Made by a program: the position numbers and the translations under genes. Below, piece after piece: positions 47,673 to 60,994 of a stretch of DNA of 64,000 nucleotides; positions within the stretch are counted from its first letter, which is position 1; each line of letters begins with the position of its first letter. The stretch covers positions 2,976,001 to 3,040,000 of the forward strand of contig JBLDXI010000042.1 of the NCBI GenBank assembly GCA_047495785.1, written 5' to 3'. Source of the DNA: Lepidodermella squamata (Eukaryota > Animalia > Gastrotricha). The notes beneath the pieces are model-generated. The model was not told the origin of the DNA, did no database searches, and was given only the letters and a program-made list of their open reading frames with translations.

Positions 47673-48332
47673 TCAATCAGCCCGCTCTTCCAGCTCTGAA
47701 ATGGTTGCAAGCTGTCGAAGCACTGAAACCTGGACGTAGAGGACGCCGTGGAGACGGCTGCCAGTCGAAGCGATGACATCATCAGGAGTCGCGACATAGA
47801 CCAGTTCGTCGGGAGATCGGCTTGAGGCTGATTCTCCAGTGATGAGGCGAAGGCTTTCTTTCAGCTTCCGACGCATGTCGCTTTTGCCGATGTCGTCGAC
47901 GAGGTTCGGCCGCAGCATGGCCGATTCTTGAGCAACTGCCGCCACAACAGCAGCCGCGTTGTAGCCACTCACGCGGTCGCACCGAGGCGATGAAAGCGCT
48001 TGGAGTTGTTGCGAGGTAAAGCCAGCTTGCCTTGTCTGCTGACCAGGAGTTCTCTGTTGCTTTTCCGATTCTTGCTGTTGAGCCCGTGCTTGTTCGGCTT
48101 TGTTCTTCTGGTTGTTATTACAGGCCTTGCGGAAGAGGCGGAAACTGGAGAGGCTCCATGGTTTCGGGTTTTCACCGTCGCACGGTGGGATGGTACTTGG
48201 CGAGATTACCGCTGTCTTTTTCACGTTTTCAACGTTCCTTTTCGCAGATCTAGCTTCGAATGAGTAAATGAGCCATTTGACAAAACGGCGCATGATTTGC
48301 TTCTTCACAGATCCGTGCAGCGACAAATCCAT
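47673..48332 (-). CDS. Intronless low-complexity protein, probable divergent WxVD-family member
   Basis: 219-aa ORF with RRFVKWLIYSF near the N-terminus; Gln/Ser/Arg-rich. Confidence 0.55.
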   Translation of the reverse strand: MDLSLHGSVKKQIMRRFVKWLIYSFEARSAKRNVENVKKTAVISPSTIPPCDGENPKPWSLSSFRLFRKACNNNQKNKAEQARAQQQESEKQQRTPGQQTRQAGFTSQQLQALSSPRCDRVSGYNAAAVVAAVAQESAMLRPNLVDDIGKSDMRRKLKESLRLITGESASSRSPDELVYVATPDDVIASTGSRLHGVLYVQVSVLRQLATISELEERAD

Positions 48333-51300
48333 TTATGCAGTTTTCAAACTTATAAGCGATCTACGTGAGAAAAATAGCGCAATGATTAAAGAGGGTGGGG
48401 ATTGTTGAAGAGTGAAGTTTCACACCTATCATCGTAATAGAAAACTAAGGTCTGGCACAATCAAGAGTTGGTGAACTCTCTAGAAGAGACATTTTCTTAT
48501 CACCGTGATACTGCCGTAAACTGTTTGCAGAGGGGGTGATGTTATGCACTTATCGCGTAACCTTTGTTAGCTTAGCGCAACGGCGGTAGGCCCAATTATT
48601 AGTTATATCAGTAAACTTGTTATTTCTGAGTTATATCAGAATCCTTGAAAATTAGGTGTTCCGTGGTTTCCGGAAGAAGGTTAAAATATTGTCATCGAAA
48701 AAGGTTAAAAGACAAAAAGCTGCATCGAAATTAAAAAAGCATCAGCGAATTGTTTATCAGTTATTTTACGGTACGAAGAATTACAGTTGTGTTATCCGGC
48801 TGGCTCAGAAACTACAATTGCTGGTCACCGTACTAGCGAAGACGAAAAAGGGAGAAAACAATTAGCCTGTTTTGGCTCAATAACACTATGAGCATGTCTG
48901 TAGTATAAAATGCAAAAATTCGATAAGATTTAGCGCTCACGAATTTCAAAAAACATCTCACTGATTAGATAAGGCTTCGCGCAACAGAAAAGGATAAAGG
49001 ATTGAAAAAGCGATCAATGCGCGCGCTCATATGCAGGCAACTGCCGTCTGTACGACATTAAGGTAAAAAAAGTACTCGGGCGAACTATACAATGGCTGGG
49101 TACAGCAGTACTCAGAAGGCGGGGTCACAATGGCCGCGACTGAATTCTGTGAAAAGAAAAACTCGGCTATTCTCATGCCTTCTTGACGAAACGAGTGGCA
49201 AAAAATCTGGGCAAATAAGCGCTCGCGAACAGTAGCTATGCATTGTCTACAACTTGAGAGTTGTGCATTAGCGTCACTGCGTCAAGTTAGCCTGTTACAC
49301 AATGGCGCTTACATTTTTTCATATAGTGTCAATATCATGAGCCAAAGGCGTATGCCGTATGTGTATAACGCAGATTCAAATCGCTAAGCAAACGTTGCGG
49401 TTCAGCGATACATTGAGATGAGCGGATTTTAGGTGGGTTTTTTTCAGAAGTGAACCTGAAGCGAAATCCTGAGTTTAAATACGTGCTCTTCGCACTTAGA
49501 AAGAACTCTTGGCGCGCAGCTGTGTAAACGTGGCGCCATTGTAAATGATACTTGTAGAAAATGCTGGAAATCTTAAATGATCTGGGGTGGAGAGGGCCCA
49601 CGAAATGTTGATTCGCGAAGTGTCACGCATGCGTCATTTTTATGAAATTCTGCCAAAACGCGTGTTTTCCCGGATTTTTATTATCTTAAAAGTTTTGTGA
49701 CGCAGGCCATCAAGAAAATTATAGCTCCTGATTCGAGGTATTCATTTCCCAGATTCGACTGCGCATAGGGGAAAATATAGGCCCCAGAATTGCCCACTGG
49801 GAAATATATTGAGATATAGAATTTTCAAGACAAATTCGCAATCAGACAATCAGTAATTTTAGCTTTCACTAAAACTCTGCAGGATAGATGATTTAATATA
49901 GGCCTATAAGACTCCGTGAAAATTGACATTTCGCCGTAATTCAATGTGCTCGGATTCACCTAACGAACCGTGAACGAGTGTCGGCGGGGTCTCAGTCGAT
50001 CCACATTTTGTCGCAATCTTTAAAAATTAGTTTACTGAGCGCGCAAATGCTGTCATATAGTTCAAAATTTAGGACCACGCGTCCTGTTGACGCTGGTTAC
50101 ATTGAATAAACATGGGATAGATTCTGAGAAGTGAAATATCACGTTAATCATAATAGACAGAAGTGGTATGAATTGGTCACGAGGAATTGTCTAAAATTGA
50201 GAACCCCAGAGGCTTTAGAGTGGCACTTAAGACGAAGTACAAGTTATATCGCAAGATTATTTTTAGCGCAAGTGACAGCCTAATCAATAAAACGCGATAA
50301 TGTGCTGATATGCCAATTTTATTAGACCCGCGCTTTGTCGCAAGGCAAAATAATGGCCTATGGCCAACAAAACATGTTTATAAGAAAATGCGAGTAAACA
50401 AAGAATTTCGTCGGTTCGCAGACTTATAATACATGATGATTGCTATTAGCAATAATATGGCGCGTATAGGTGTGTCTGAAATTCGAAACTTGATCACGCG
50501 GCACTCATGTCACTCGTACAATTAATCTCGGTGCGAATCGTGCTCAATTCGCCATGATGATGATGATGAGCTGTTAGGAACAACTTTTAGCGAGTTTATG
50601 ATGATGACAAAAACGGATATCGACTAGCCGGCAATATGTTATTCTTCTGACTGTAAAATTTCACAGAGAGAAGCACAGCCGGTGTGAGACGTATAGGTTT
50701 TTTTGTAGTTTGTTATTATTTTTCCTCATGATCGGCGACGAGTGCAAGTTTCGCTGTCCATCAGTTTAGCGTTTTTTCCGATAAAATAATAATAATATAT
50801 TATTATGCGCGAGCGCTCGCGCATCTTTTTAAGCTTGTTCCTTTCTCGGTGCAAAGTTTTCAGCGCGTGCTGGTCGCTGCGTCCGTCATCCACCCTAATA
50901 TTAGTATTCACAAAAGCGCGTCGATATTTTACGCGCGCCGCGGGCATGCAAAAATAAAGAGCCTTCTCTCCCTCATTTTGCATGCCGCTCGCGTTTCCGA
51001 TGTGGACAGAAGGAACGACCTAGTCGCTAGACGGTCAAATCTTTTGCGAGGAAAACAAATCCATCACCTTATCTCTAATTTGCGACAATTTGGTGTGAGA
51101 TTTGTCTAATAACTCACGGTTCAAATTAACGCTAGAAAAACATGCGGATGATCGAAGTATAAGATTTCCTGACGTAAAGTGTAAAACTAATAAACAACTA
51201 AATATCGTGTTTAATATTTCGCCTGCCTGCGCACCGAGTGTTTACATTCCGCCCAGCTGAAAACACACCTTATCGAAGTGAAAAAAAATCATCGACCGGT

Positions 51301-51417
51301 TGCTAAAATGCACGTGTTTATTATTTGTAAAACCTGTATACAAATGCAATTATAAACGAATAAAAAACCGGCTAAAATTGGTATGATGTATCTATCAGAT
51401 TTGTTTAGGATCAAAGT

Positions 51418-52149
51418 TCAGCCAAACAGCTTGCTCGGTCTTGAACTAACAGCGGCACCTGGATCTGAGAAACGGCTTTTCAGCTTTTCCAAACTGGCTT
51501 TCGCAACGAATGCAGTTTTCAGCAGGATACCGCCTTTAAGTCTCGTAATCACTACCGTCGTGTCCTTCCATTCTCGCGGCATTTTCTCCGTGCTGATGAA
51601 CGGCATGGAAACAGTCCGTGTTAGGGGGTTGCTCTTTGTTGAAGTTCGTTTACTTTCGACTTTTGCCACCGGGGCCTTTGAGGTAGAATCGTCAATAGCT
51701 TGCTGGTACCGAGCTTTGCTTTGTTTCCGACTTCCCTGTCCGCAGCACTTCTTGCTACAGTTACATAAAGGATAGCTGTTCATGGTGTTGACGTCACCGG
51801 CAGTGCTGGCTCGTTTCCATTTCTTGACTCCATCCTTGACAGAACAGGACAAAATCGCCGGTGTTGACGATTTCTTGTAACAATTGCTTTGCTGGAGAAG
51901 GTAGCGCTTGAGTATGAAGACGTAAGTCTCAATCTCCTTCTCAACTGCTTTCCTCGCTTCGACGTCGTCGAGTGAACTAGAACGTATTTCCGAGGCGATC
52001 ATGATATTTAGTGTTAAAAATATTCCTATGAAAAATATGGAAAATCCTTTATCAGTGAATGTTCTAAAACTAGACAAAATAGAAGCTTCGTTTGATGAAC
52101 TGGAGGTACAGCGCGGTACGTTCGAAGCAATTATGTCAAAGAGATGCAT
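51418..52149 (-). CDS. Intronless Lys/Ser-rich protein of unknown function
   Basis: 243-aa ORF; the true start may be MIASE at about 52001. Contains CNCSKKC, reminiscent of the CxCxxC motif in WxVD members 1 and 2. Confidence 0.45.
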   Translation of the reverse strand: MHLFDIIASNVPRCTSSSSNEASILSSFRTFTDKGFSIFFIGIFLTLNIMIASEIRSSSLDDVEARKAVEKEIETYVFILKRYLLQQSNCYKKSSTPAILSCSVKDGVKKWKRASTAGDVNTMNSYPLCNCSKKCCGQGSRKQSKARYQQAIDDSTSKAPVAKVESKRTSTKSNPLTRTVSMPFISTEKMPREWKDTTVVITRLKGGILLKTAFVAKASLEKLKSRFSDPGAAVSSRPSKLFG

Positions 52150-53367
52150 GGCTGAAAATTATTTCGGGAAAACCATTATAATGGTAACCAGGAATAGCTT
52201 ATTAGATCATCACGCTCATTAAACCTAATTTTATGCCAGGGTCTAGCCGGTGATTTCATGTAGGATGTTCCAAGTATGGATGGGATGTCAGTTCGATAAT
52301 TGACATCGAGTGAGTGTCTATTTGACAGTTACATTATAACCTTCATAATCGAATGAAACATCGAAAACAGAAAAAATATGAGAATTGATGCGAGTAAGCT
52401 TGAAAATTCGGAGGCGAGGTTTTTGCAAATGGCAGACAGCTAGCTGAAACGACACATTTTATTCGCTGAAAATTTCATCGTCCTCGAAAATGAGGTACAC
52501 ATTCTTGCTGTATTATGACGTTTTCGAACTCATATAAAGCGTCATCAAAACACAGGTGCAGTGAATCATCTCAAGTGATTGGATATACAGCTCCCGTATA
52601 CTCCGCAATCGCCAGGTTTCCGCCCGTTCCATTAATCAAGCTGGATTTACTAAAAACCTTCCACACATCCTTACTTGCCGCTTAATTAATTAGCGGCGGG
52701 TAATGAGTAATGTACCATGAATGCGGCGAGAAATATAGGACATATGATATAAGATATTTTGTCCCAGCAATCAGAACATCTCCCGGCAAGTTAAGGATTC
52801 GTGGTAAGGATTTGACACTAGGAATTGCTTAAGGCCTCGGGTCATTCGTATGGACAAATTAGCATCTTCCTTAAGGCGTGAAGTATATTTTGTGACGCGT
52901 AGGAATGGAACAACAGGCTAATAGAATCGGATTAGAAGGCCTATTTATAGTTTATTTTTTACATTTTGTCTATTATTTTTAATCAAAAGCACGTGATGGC
53001 AGCCGCCATGTTAATACCCAGATTTCAGGAATACTTTTATCCATGGTGCTTAATTTAGTTAGCTATTATATTATTCATAGCACAACTTATTGTGTCACAG
53101 TCATGTGAGAGACGGCTTGCCGTTGTGAGACTGAGCTAACAATAATGCGGCTGCTACTAACTAAACGTAGGCAGAATGCATTTCCTGATTAATGGGCTAA
53201 TGACCATCAAACACTTCCCTGGTCGCACGGGCGTGGCATTAAACAATGTCCCATCATTTGCGCGTATACCTATATTAGGAAATAGATAAGTTGTGGTAAA
53301 ATATGGGTGGCATAACCTTGACATGCTTAGCGATGCGAGAACGGCGTTATTCCCGCAGGCCACAACA

Positions 53368-54028
53368 ATGCCTCGAGTAACAACGATGATTTTTGCTTTT
53401 CTGTATTTCGCCTTATTTAGCTCCTTTAGGGTAGCTTCCGCGTTGAATTGTTACATTTACTACTCCCTTGATGGAAGTTTTTCTGCTGAGAAGGCAAAGA
53501 ATGCGACTGGCTGTACCTCATGCACGGTAAGCTTCATAATGTCATGAAATTGACCGCTAATGAATCAATATTTTTCAAGAAATTAACTGCGAAATACCTC
53601 AATAAAAATGGGCTAACCTACAACATGTACCAATGGTCCTGTGGGGCATCGATGGCTGTTGACCTGAATGCGGCTCCTGGACCAACTCAAATCGTAGATT
53701 TGGAAACAAATTCAACCAGTACCAATAAAACCGTGGTGGTCGTTGCGCCATGCGTACCTGTAACGACAATTTCACATTACCAGGACGGTAGCATGTACTC
53801 TGCGATGTGCGCCTGCTGCAAAGGTAAGACTTCGCTCATTTGCTCAACCTGAAACGAGGAATTTTGATCACAGACTTATGCAATGGTCCGGAGTTCGAGT
53901 GCCAATGTGCAAAAAACGATGCTGGCATGTCAACTCAGCGGAAGAAAAACGGCTTCTGGGGCTACGCAATATTATACCTATCGACCTGGTGTTTCACAGC
54001 ACTGGCAGTCGCCGTCACTATCTTGTAG
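53368..54028 (+). CDS. Variant three-finger/LU protein (DGS subfamily)
   Basis: LNCYIY..GCTSCT|K..MYQWSC..YQDGSMYSAMCACCK|DLCNGPEFEC; hydrophobic tail. Confidence 0.83.
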
Positions 54029-54130
54029 CGATTAAGCCAACCTGCTGCCAAAAAAAAAGAATTCAACGCATTGAAAAAGGATGAGACCGAAATTAACCTT
54101 TTTTGATCCGTAATAATAAAATGGAGAAAC

Positions 54131-54909
54131 ATGACGTCGTTTTATTTGCTTTTTTGGCTTCCTGTACGATCCTGGCGATTCGCATAGGTATCTATAGATT
54201 TAGCCGAAAACTTAGAGTTCAAGTGTAAATATAGTTAGCGCTATTGATTGCCATGATGCGACATCGATGGGTGGGAGCATGTCCCGGGCTGTGATGGCGA
54301 CTAACTGCACCAGCTGCTTGGTATACTTTCTATGCATTCATTATCGCTAAATTATTCCGTTATCATTCCATACTCAGAAAATGGTTACATCCTCCCTGCC
54401 AACCGGAGCCAATGGAGCTAGACTTACCGTTTACAATTGGGCTTGTCTAACTGAACTCTCGGGGCCACCAAACCCGCGTGAAATCGCCTCAGTTTTGATT
54501 TTAGCCGCGAGTGTTAACAAAACAAATGCATTGCCTGTCATTGGAGTTTCAAACAACGCTACTGGTAAATGCTTCCCGACTGTTGTAAGCAGTACAATAT
54601 CCGATGGAACATTCATGATGGCTTGTACCTGCTGTGAGGTTAGCATCAATCCAGTCCCTTTTTCCATTCAGGGTATTTTTTTTATAATTTTTTCAGGACA
54701 ATTGCAATGGGAGGCCGACATTTTGTGCCTCTCAAAATGGTATAACTGGCTGCACGTTCGATCAGCTGTATCAAAACGCAACCAACACAACTAGGAGTTC
54801 GAATGCTAGTACGATACGTTGGCTTTCAGTTTCACCAGCTGCAAATCCTAACAACGCAAGAGCCTTGTTTGCGAAAGTTCCCCTATCCGAAGTTACGATG
54901 AAGCCTTGA
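54131..54909 (+). CDS. Variant three-finger/LU protein (DGS subfamily, probably secreted)
   Basis: IDCHDAT..NCTSCL|KM..YNWAC..SDGTFMMACTCCE|DNCNGRPTFC; no clear hydrophobic tail. Confidence 0.8.
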
Positions 54910-55436
54910 TTTTCGGTTATTTACGCAAATAAATTCCTACGACTAATATTGTTTTTTATTGTGCGTCAAAAATGCCTGATGTAATTGCTTATTCATCCGT
55001 GTTTAGGACCGGAAGTGATTATCCTGTCCTTTCCAGTTCTCGAAGTTGTCGCGGTGATTAAGCTGACCTGGAAGAAAATGGCGAGAAAAAACATCACGCA
55101 AAGCTGAATTTTGGCATCGCACATATGCGTCACCACTTAGCGCAGCGGATATTGATCTGACGCTCTTTAGCCGTCTATTACTACATGATCCTCATCATGA
55201 TGGTTAAATACTACGCGATAAATGTTTGCACTTCGTAGGATGCTGATTATTGTTTTCATTTCCCTTTACTACCAATAAGCAATGATTATTCCATGTCGAC
55301 CAGTTATAAGTATAATCAATTTTCAGGTTAATAGTTTGTTGTTTTGCCCCAAGTTCTTTCGGACTAAAAAATGACCCGAGATAAAACTATTCGAATTTTA
55401 ACTAGCGTTCTAATTTTCAAGGTTTCCAGTACTTCA

Positions 55437-56251
55437 ATGATTTTAAGAGCATCCGCTTTCCTCTTTATTTTATTCTCTATTGACAAATGCGTAAATGGAT
55501 GTAAGTTTCCGTATTCTTTCAATTAAAGCTATCTTTCAATCTCTTTTTTGCAGTAACTTCGTGCTTCAATTATACGTGGATTGAAGGGCAACAAACACCT
55601 CCAGGCAGTCTGGCAAAAACATGCACGAGCTGCTCGGTAAGTCATGAACACCTAGAATTTTCCTATGTTAATTGATTCTCCATTGAAGAAAATGGTCATG
55701 ATTTACAACGCTCCAGGCATGCAATACAAGCTCTATCAATGGACTTGCAATAATGACACCTCTGTTGGAAATTTTCCGTTAACTCCGGCACCTACAATCG
55801 CCGCAAGTTCGGGGGCCGGTACTGCTGCTCCGGGGACTTGCCTACCAGCTTCAACTGCGGTAACTTACAACGATGGCTCAATGTTTTCTATGGTACGGAA
55901 AAATGAAATGTCCGAATTATGAATAATTACTCCCGATTTTAGGCTTGCACTTGCTGTGGCGATGGTTGTAATGGTCTGCCTCAATTTTGTGCAGCTCAGG
56001 GCAGTCTAGCAAGCTGTGTCGGTATCACGATCCCCCAAGCAGTTTTCGACCAGCCGAGCATTCGTTTGGCCAGTTTCCGAAACGGAACCGTTCAAATGAC
56101 AATAATTTCCGGCAATGCAACAGCCACAAGCAGCCAGCAACGGAACGCTGATTGCAAGTGTGGGGCGACTTCTCTTTCGCACGGATTCCACTTATTTTCT
56201 ACAATTCTATTCATGTTACTCGTTGGCGGTGCATCTTCTGATCTGTTGTGA
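55437..56251 (+). CDS. Variant three-finger/LU protein (DGS subfamily), GPI-anchored
   Basis: TSCFNYT..TCTSCS|KM..LYQWTC..YNDGSMFSM|ACTCCGDGCNGLPQFC; hydrophobic tail. Confidence 0.82.
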
Positions 56252-56877
56252 CACAGAATTTCGTCTCTTAAAGCAGTCCGAAATCTGCTGGCCTCATTCG
56301 TTTCGTATAGCGTAGTGCTGTAAACTCTGTAAAATAGACACTGTCTTCGGTAAAAAGCCGAATAAATAGAAAACCGGAAATAAATCGAACCGCCGACTTT
56401 ATATAATTCTGCGCAATTATATAAACATTAGTAACGGTATTTGACAACCACAGGTGCAGCGGCTTTTTTATTCGGCAAATAATGAATAACCGGGTGCATG
56501 TGATACCCGAGTAGCAAAAATTAAAGATTTGTCCCGGTGCAGCGGAGGAAGTCGCATCGCGAGACGTTTGCGGGCCCTGGCCTCGCCTTGTTTACTGAAC
56601 CTGGCTTGGCTCACGGCTAAGTAAAAATGACTTGCAACACCTAAGCTCGGTAAACAACGACAATACGTTGTAGCTACTTTACAAGAGCGTAGTAATGCGC
56701 CAGAAATTACACGCGGAAGTGCGCACCCCCTCAAAGCAGAAGCGCATGCAGTTATCTCTTAAAGAATAGCATTTCTGCAAGAGACCAGTTATGTCTTTAG
56801 CAACAAATTACGCTCCCAGTACGCAGTGAACATCGCCTGCTACAACTATCACTTGCTTTTTAGGTGTTTAAAATAAC

Positions 56878-57449
56878 ATGGAAGAAGCATCGCTATCTCT
56901 TCAAATCGCTTCGTTGTTCGTGCTTTTCGCAACTTTCCTACAACCTGCACAGGCAATAGTTTGCTACAACTTCACGACATCGGAGGACAATTTCATCTCG
57001 AATCCGCCGTCAATTCAGGGCTGTAATGCCTGCATCGTAAGCCCTTCTCGATGAATTATTTGTCAATATTTTGGCTTTGCGGCTTTTTAGAGAACAATTA
57101 CGATATTAAGCCAGCCCAATAGTGGTCAGAAGACCAGTACCTACGCTTGGGGTTGCGCCCGGGCTGGTCCTATCGCTCCTGGAGCACCAGGAAGTCCAGA
57201 ATACCTGCAGTGCATAGGCTCAACAATGGTCGCATTCTTCTCAGATAACAGCATGTATACCGCAAGCTGCGGATGCTGCACTGGTGAGAGTTGGCAATTT
57301 GCCAAAAAGTTGAAAATTTCACGTTTTTCCTAGATAACTGCAACAATGCCTCGTTTAAATGTGGAATAAGCGCTGCCACGTCACTTTCTGCCAGTTTCAC
57401 CGGGGTGATTCTCTCTATGGCTTTTTGGCTGTTCAACCGATGGCATTAG
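56878..57449 (+). CDS. Variant three-finger/LU protein, GPI-anchored
   Basis: IVCYNFTT..GCNACI|R..YAWGC..FSDNSMYTASCGCCT|DNCNNASFKC; hydrophobic tail. Absent from the ORF track. Confidence 0.82.
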
Positions 57450-58226
57450 CAATAAGTTACTCCTACTAGCATGCAAGATGGGAGCCTACATATGAATTTA
57501 TCTATTCATGCTTACCACGACCGCTGCTTTTAACCTGTTTGTTCTATCTTGGCGATATTCACATTTTTTCATGAATTATTTTGTTAAGTATTAAGTTGGA
57601 AGTCGAGATGAGTAAAGACAATTCAGTTATGACAGCTAAGTTTTCTTCGGCTTATTGAGCTTACTCGAAGCAGTATATTCAGCTGCTCTTCAATTTTAAC
57701 GGCCTTATAGCATACTCGCGGTTCAATGAGTGAATTGTTCACGGGGAGATAGCTATGTAAACCACGAGGCCCACGCAAAATGAAGACCAAAATATTGGAA
57801 GGTAGATTTATGGTTTCATCACAAGTCGACAAGTTCCGAAGATCAACGTTGATGCTCCTGTTGGTTGGCCATTAATAGTTCAACTTTGATTTGGATTCAG
57901 TAGTTCTTGAATTTGTCCAAACGTTGGTTATCATGACATATGGAGAAGCTCGTCACGTCTTGCGTTGGCAGATCTTGAATGCATGACCTCGAGCTCCTCA
58001 TAACATGTGATATACAGGGAACAAATTACAAAATCCAACCCAAAGTCCCCAGCATTTGAAAAAGGCTTCTCCAACCGCAAAGCTTCAGTTTATTTGTCCA
58101 TTTACGAATTCCAGATTCATTAATCCCTAACAAGGCTGATAAAACGGTTCCGGATTTTTATTAATGCCATCAGGCAAAATAACCAAAAAGTGAGTATAAC
58201 AAGATTAATACCAATTGACCATAATA

Positions 58227-58950
58227 TCAGTTGGTGCAGCCATGGCGCAACCGTTCATGGCGCCGCTTCTCGCCCATTTGTCGAAAATGGGTGTCGCAGT
58301 AATCACAGGAGAATCTGTAGATACCCTCATGAATCAGCCGATGCATTGTCAGACTATATGAAAATACACGAATCATGTAAAGAAAATCAAGGTTAAACAA
58401 GGTGGGATACTTACCCGAATTTACGAGCGAAGGCACGGTCGCAACGATCGCATTTGAACGGGCGATTGCCTGGGTCATGCGTCATCAGATGGTAATTGAG
58501 ATGTGTCTCCTGTTTGAAAGCTGCACGGCAAATAGTACAGCGGAACGGCTTCTCGCCAGTGTGAATTCGGCGATGATTCTTCAGCATGTGACTCTTTTTG
58601 AACCGCTTCGGGCAGTATTCGCATTGAAACGGCCGCGAAGCTTTGTACTCTTCTGAGTTGAAATCAACAAGACCATTGCGGTTGTTGGGCCCTGGTTGCC
58701 GTATCACGTCAGGATCGATGATTACTGGCCCCTTATGCGACGAGTGGCTGCTTGTTGACGTCGAGCTTGGTGATGAACAATTAGATTCAGACCGAATTTC
58801 CGAAACATCAAGCTCTGTCGCCACGAATATCGAACCACAGTAACCGGCAGGTTGGGACACGTCTACAACCGTATCGCATAGCGAGGCAATGTGGTAGATG
58901 GCCGGATTTGCCAGAAGTCGTGTTTCAGGCAAGCTGAAAAAGCGCTGCAT
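58227..58950 (-). CDS. C2H2 zinc-finger transcription factor (4 fingers)
   Basis: FQCEYCPKRF..H...HTGEKPFRCTIC..H...H..FKCDRC..FG|LTMHRLIH..FSCDYC..H....H. One intron at about 58355-58414. Confidence 0.88.
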
Positions 58951-59692
58951 TTTGTTGTTAAATCTTGTCTTGTCCAGAAAAGCGCAGTTTTTAAGTGTAT
59001 AATATAGTCAGATTAAAAATAACAGCAAAAAAATGGTTGTGGTGTTAAAATAAGATTTTTCATCAATTAAGGAGTTATTTTTAACCCGTCCAACAATAGG
59101 CTCGAGCTAAATTTAAGAATTTTCAGCTAAAAATAACTTCAAACATTGGAGTACTACAGCCGGCAGATGAGTAAACTATAGAATGGCACCTATAACGTGA
59201 TGGCACTTAATATTAACGCGTGATGGAGGGGCCATGCGTGAATTGATGTATGAAGTTCGTTTGCTCATGCTTACTCATATAATAAACTTCTTGTAGTTCA
59301 AAACGACACCCACAATCGGCATTGATATTGCCCAAATGTCGACCTGAATGTTGACAAAATATTCGGAGAGGTCTTCTCTGGTATTATAAGATGACTGGAT
59401 GTTAAAATAATATTTACAATTTTCAAAAATTCCGATCAACCTTTTCAACTTTCTCGCCAATAATTTTTCGATCGTCGTGAAAAGCTTTTTGTAAAATAGC
59501 CAGTTATTATTGCAAATTCCACATCTTATATCTCCTGATGCTGGAGGGATATTTTCGCTTGCTCCCTCATCAAGCTTTTTGCAATAATAAATTTGCGGGT
59601 CGTTTACCGGAACCTAATTTGCTGTAGCGGAACCAATGTTGGAATTTTCTAGTGGCCTGAAATGACTTTTTGGTTATTTCTTGCGTGTCAAG

Positions 59693-59875
59693 ATTGACCG
59701 CAATAATTTAAAATAAACCACCATTAAATTCAGCGTAAAATTCTCTATAAGATAGATGTTTCAACTCAAAATTCATGCATCGCCCCGAATTCGAGGAATT
59801 ATTTAAAAAGTTACTCTTGGCATATTTCGACTTGGGATCCGCTATATACACTGCGTAAATTTGGTTCCGCTAAAA
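59693..59875. repeat. Interspersed repeat, copy 2
   Basis: Homologous to 11078-11240. Confidence 0.65.
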
Positions 59876-60079
59876 GATATTACATATTTTTCAAAATGAT
59901 TCCTGCTTGCCCAGTAGCAAAGTCCGCGGTAGAAAGTCATTGTTGGTTATGTCTTCCGAAGTTCAAGAACTCAAGACCATCAACTCAGAAACCTGAATTT
60001 AATAAAACTACCAAGAGCCCAGTTTAAACTAAAATAAACGAAAAATACCGAATGCTGGTTAAAACGATTTTGCAGGTTG

Positions 60080-60463
60080 CAGCGTGTCCCATAAAATACA
60101 TGGAAAAGGGTTCAGAAACTCCAAAATGAGAGGAGGCGTAAAATCTCATGGCCAGGCGAATTTCTTAAAAATTCAAAATATTACGAGAATAGTAATAAAT
60201 CATGTTAACTTGTCAATGGAATTAAATAAAATCCGGAGAAATTTGTCTAACCGCTATAGCGTATAGTATAACCGGGTAAAATAGCGAAAACTAGTTATTA
60301 TAGTCGGGGTTGTCGGTTTTCTCCGGTAAATTTTTTTATCGGTTAAATCGCTGGTAAACGATAGAATATTATCTCGGTAGTAGGTTTAATTTAAAAAATA
60401 GTTACATTTCTCGCAAAAAGTTGCCAAATTAAAAAATAGTTGCGCATTTTCTGGGACACCCTG
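60080..60463. mobile_element. Tc1/mariner-type MITE
   Basis: Left end cagcgtgtcccataaaat matches the reverse complement of the right end, cagggtgtcccagaaaat. The right end abuts TA. Confidence 0.6.
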
Positions 60464-60511
60464 TATATAGCATAAATTAATTTCGACTCAAAATCAACGG
60501 TTATAACACAA

Positions 60512-60994
60512 TTTAGCCCAAGACAAAATAGCCCCGACAACTCAGCCCCGACGGGCTATCCCAATGACAAAATATCCCAAGACAAATGAGCCCAAATAAA
60601 ATTATCATTTTCGATGTTGGGTGTAACAGAATAATTAAGGCTGGGGTGCATCGGGTTCCGGGGCAGTGGGCATGTCGGCGTCTGGGTTTCATCAGATTCG
60701 GGGGCGCTGATGGATCCAGATTCGTCAACAGCTGCGAGGCTTCCAGGCACCTCGATACCGAATGGAACCAATTCTATCGCGTGCGTCAGCGGTTGCCTCG
60801 ACCAAAAATCAGCAATAGTTTCAAATGAAACACAAGAATTTGCGCTGATTTGTCTTGTGATTTTTGTCGTTGCTATTTCGTCGGGCAATTTGGGCTCATT
60901 TGGCAGGGGCTGAATTGTCGCGTAAAGAAATTTTTGTTTTCTTGTGATATAACATCGCGGTGCAATATTGTCGGGGCTATTTTGCCTTGGGCTA
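60512..60994. mobile_element. Foldback-like MITE with subterminal repeats
   Basis: Left ttagcccaagacaaaatagccccgacaa matches the reverse complement of the right end, ttagcccaaggcaaaatagccccgacaa. Internal agcccc/gacaaa units are mirrored at 60873-60921. Confidence 0.7.
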
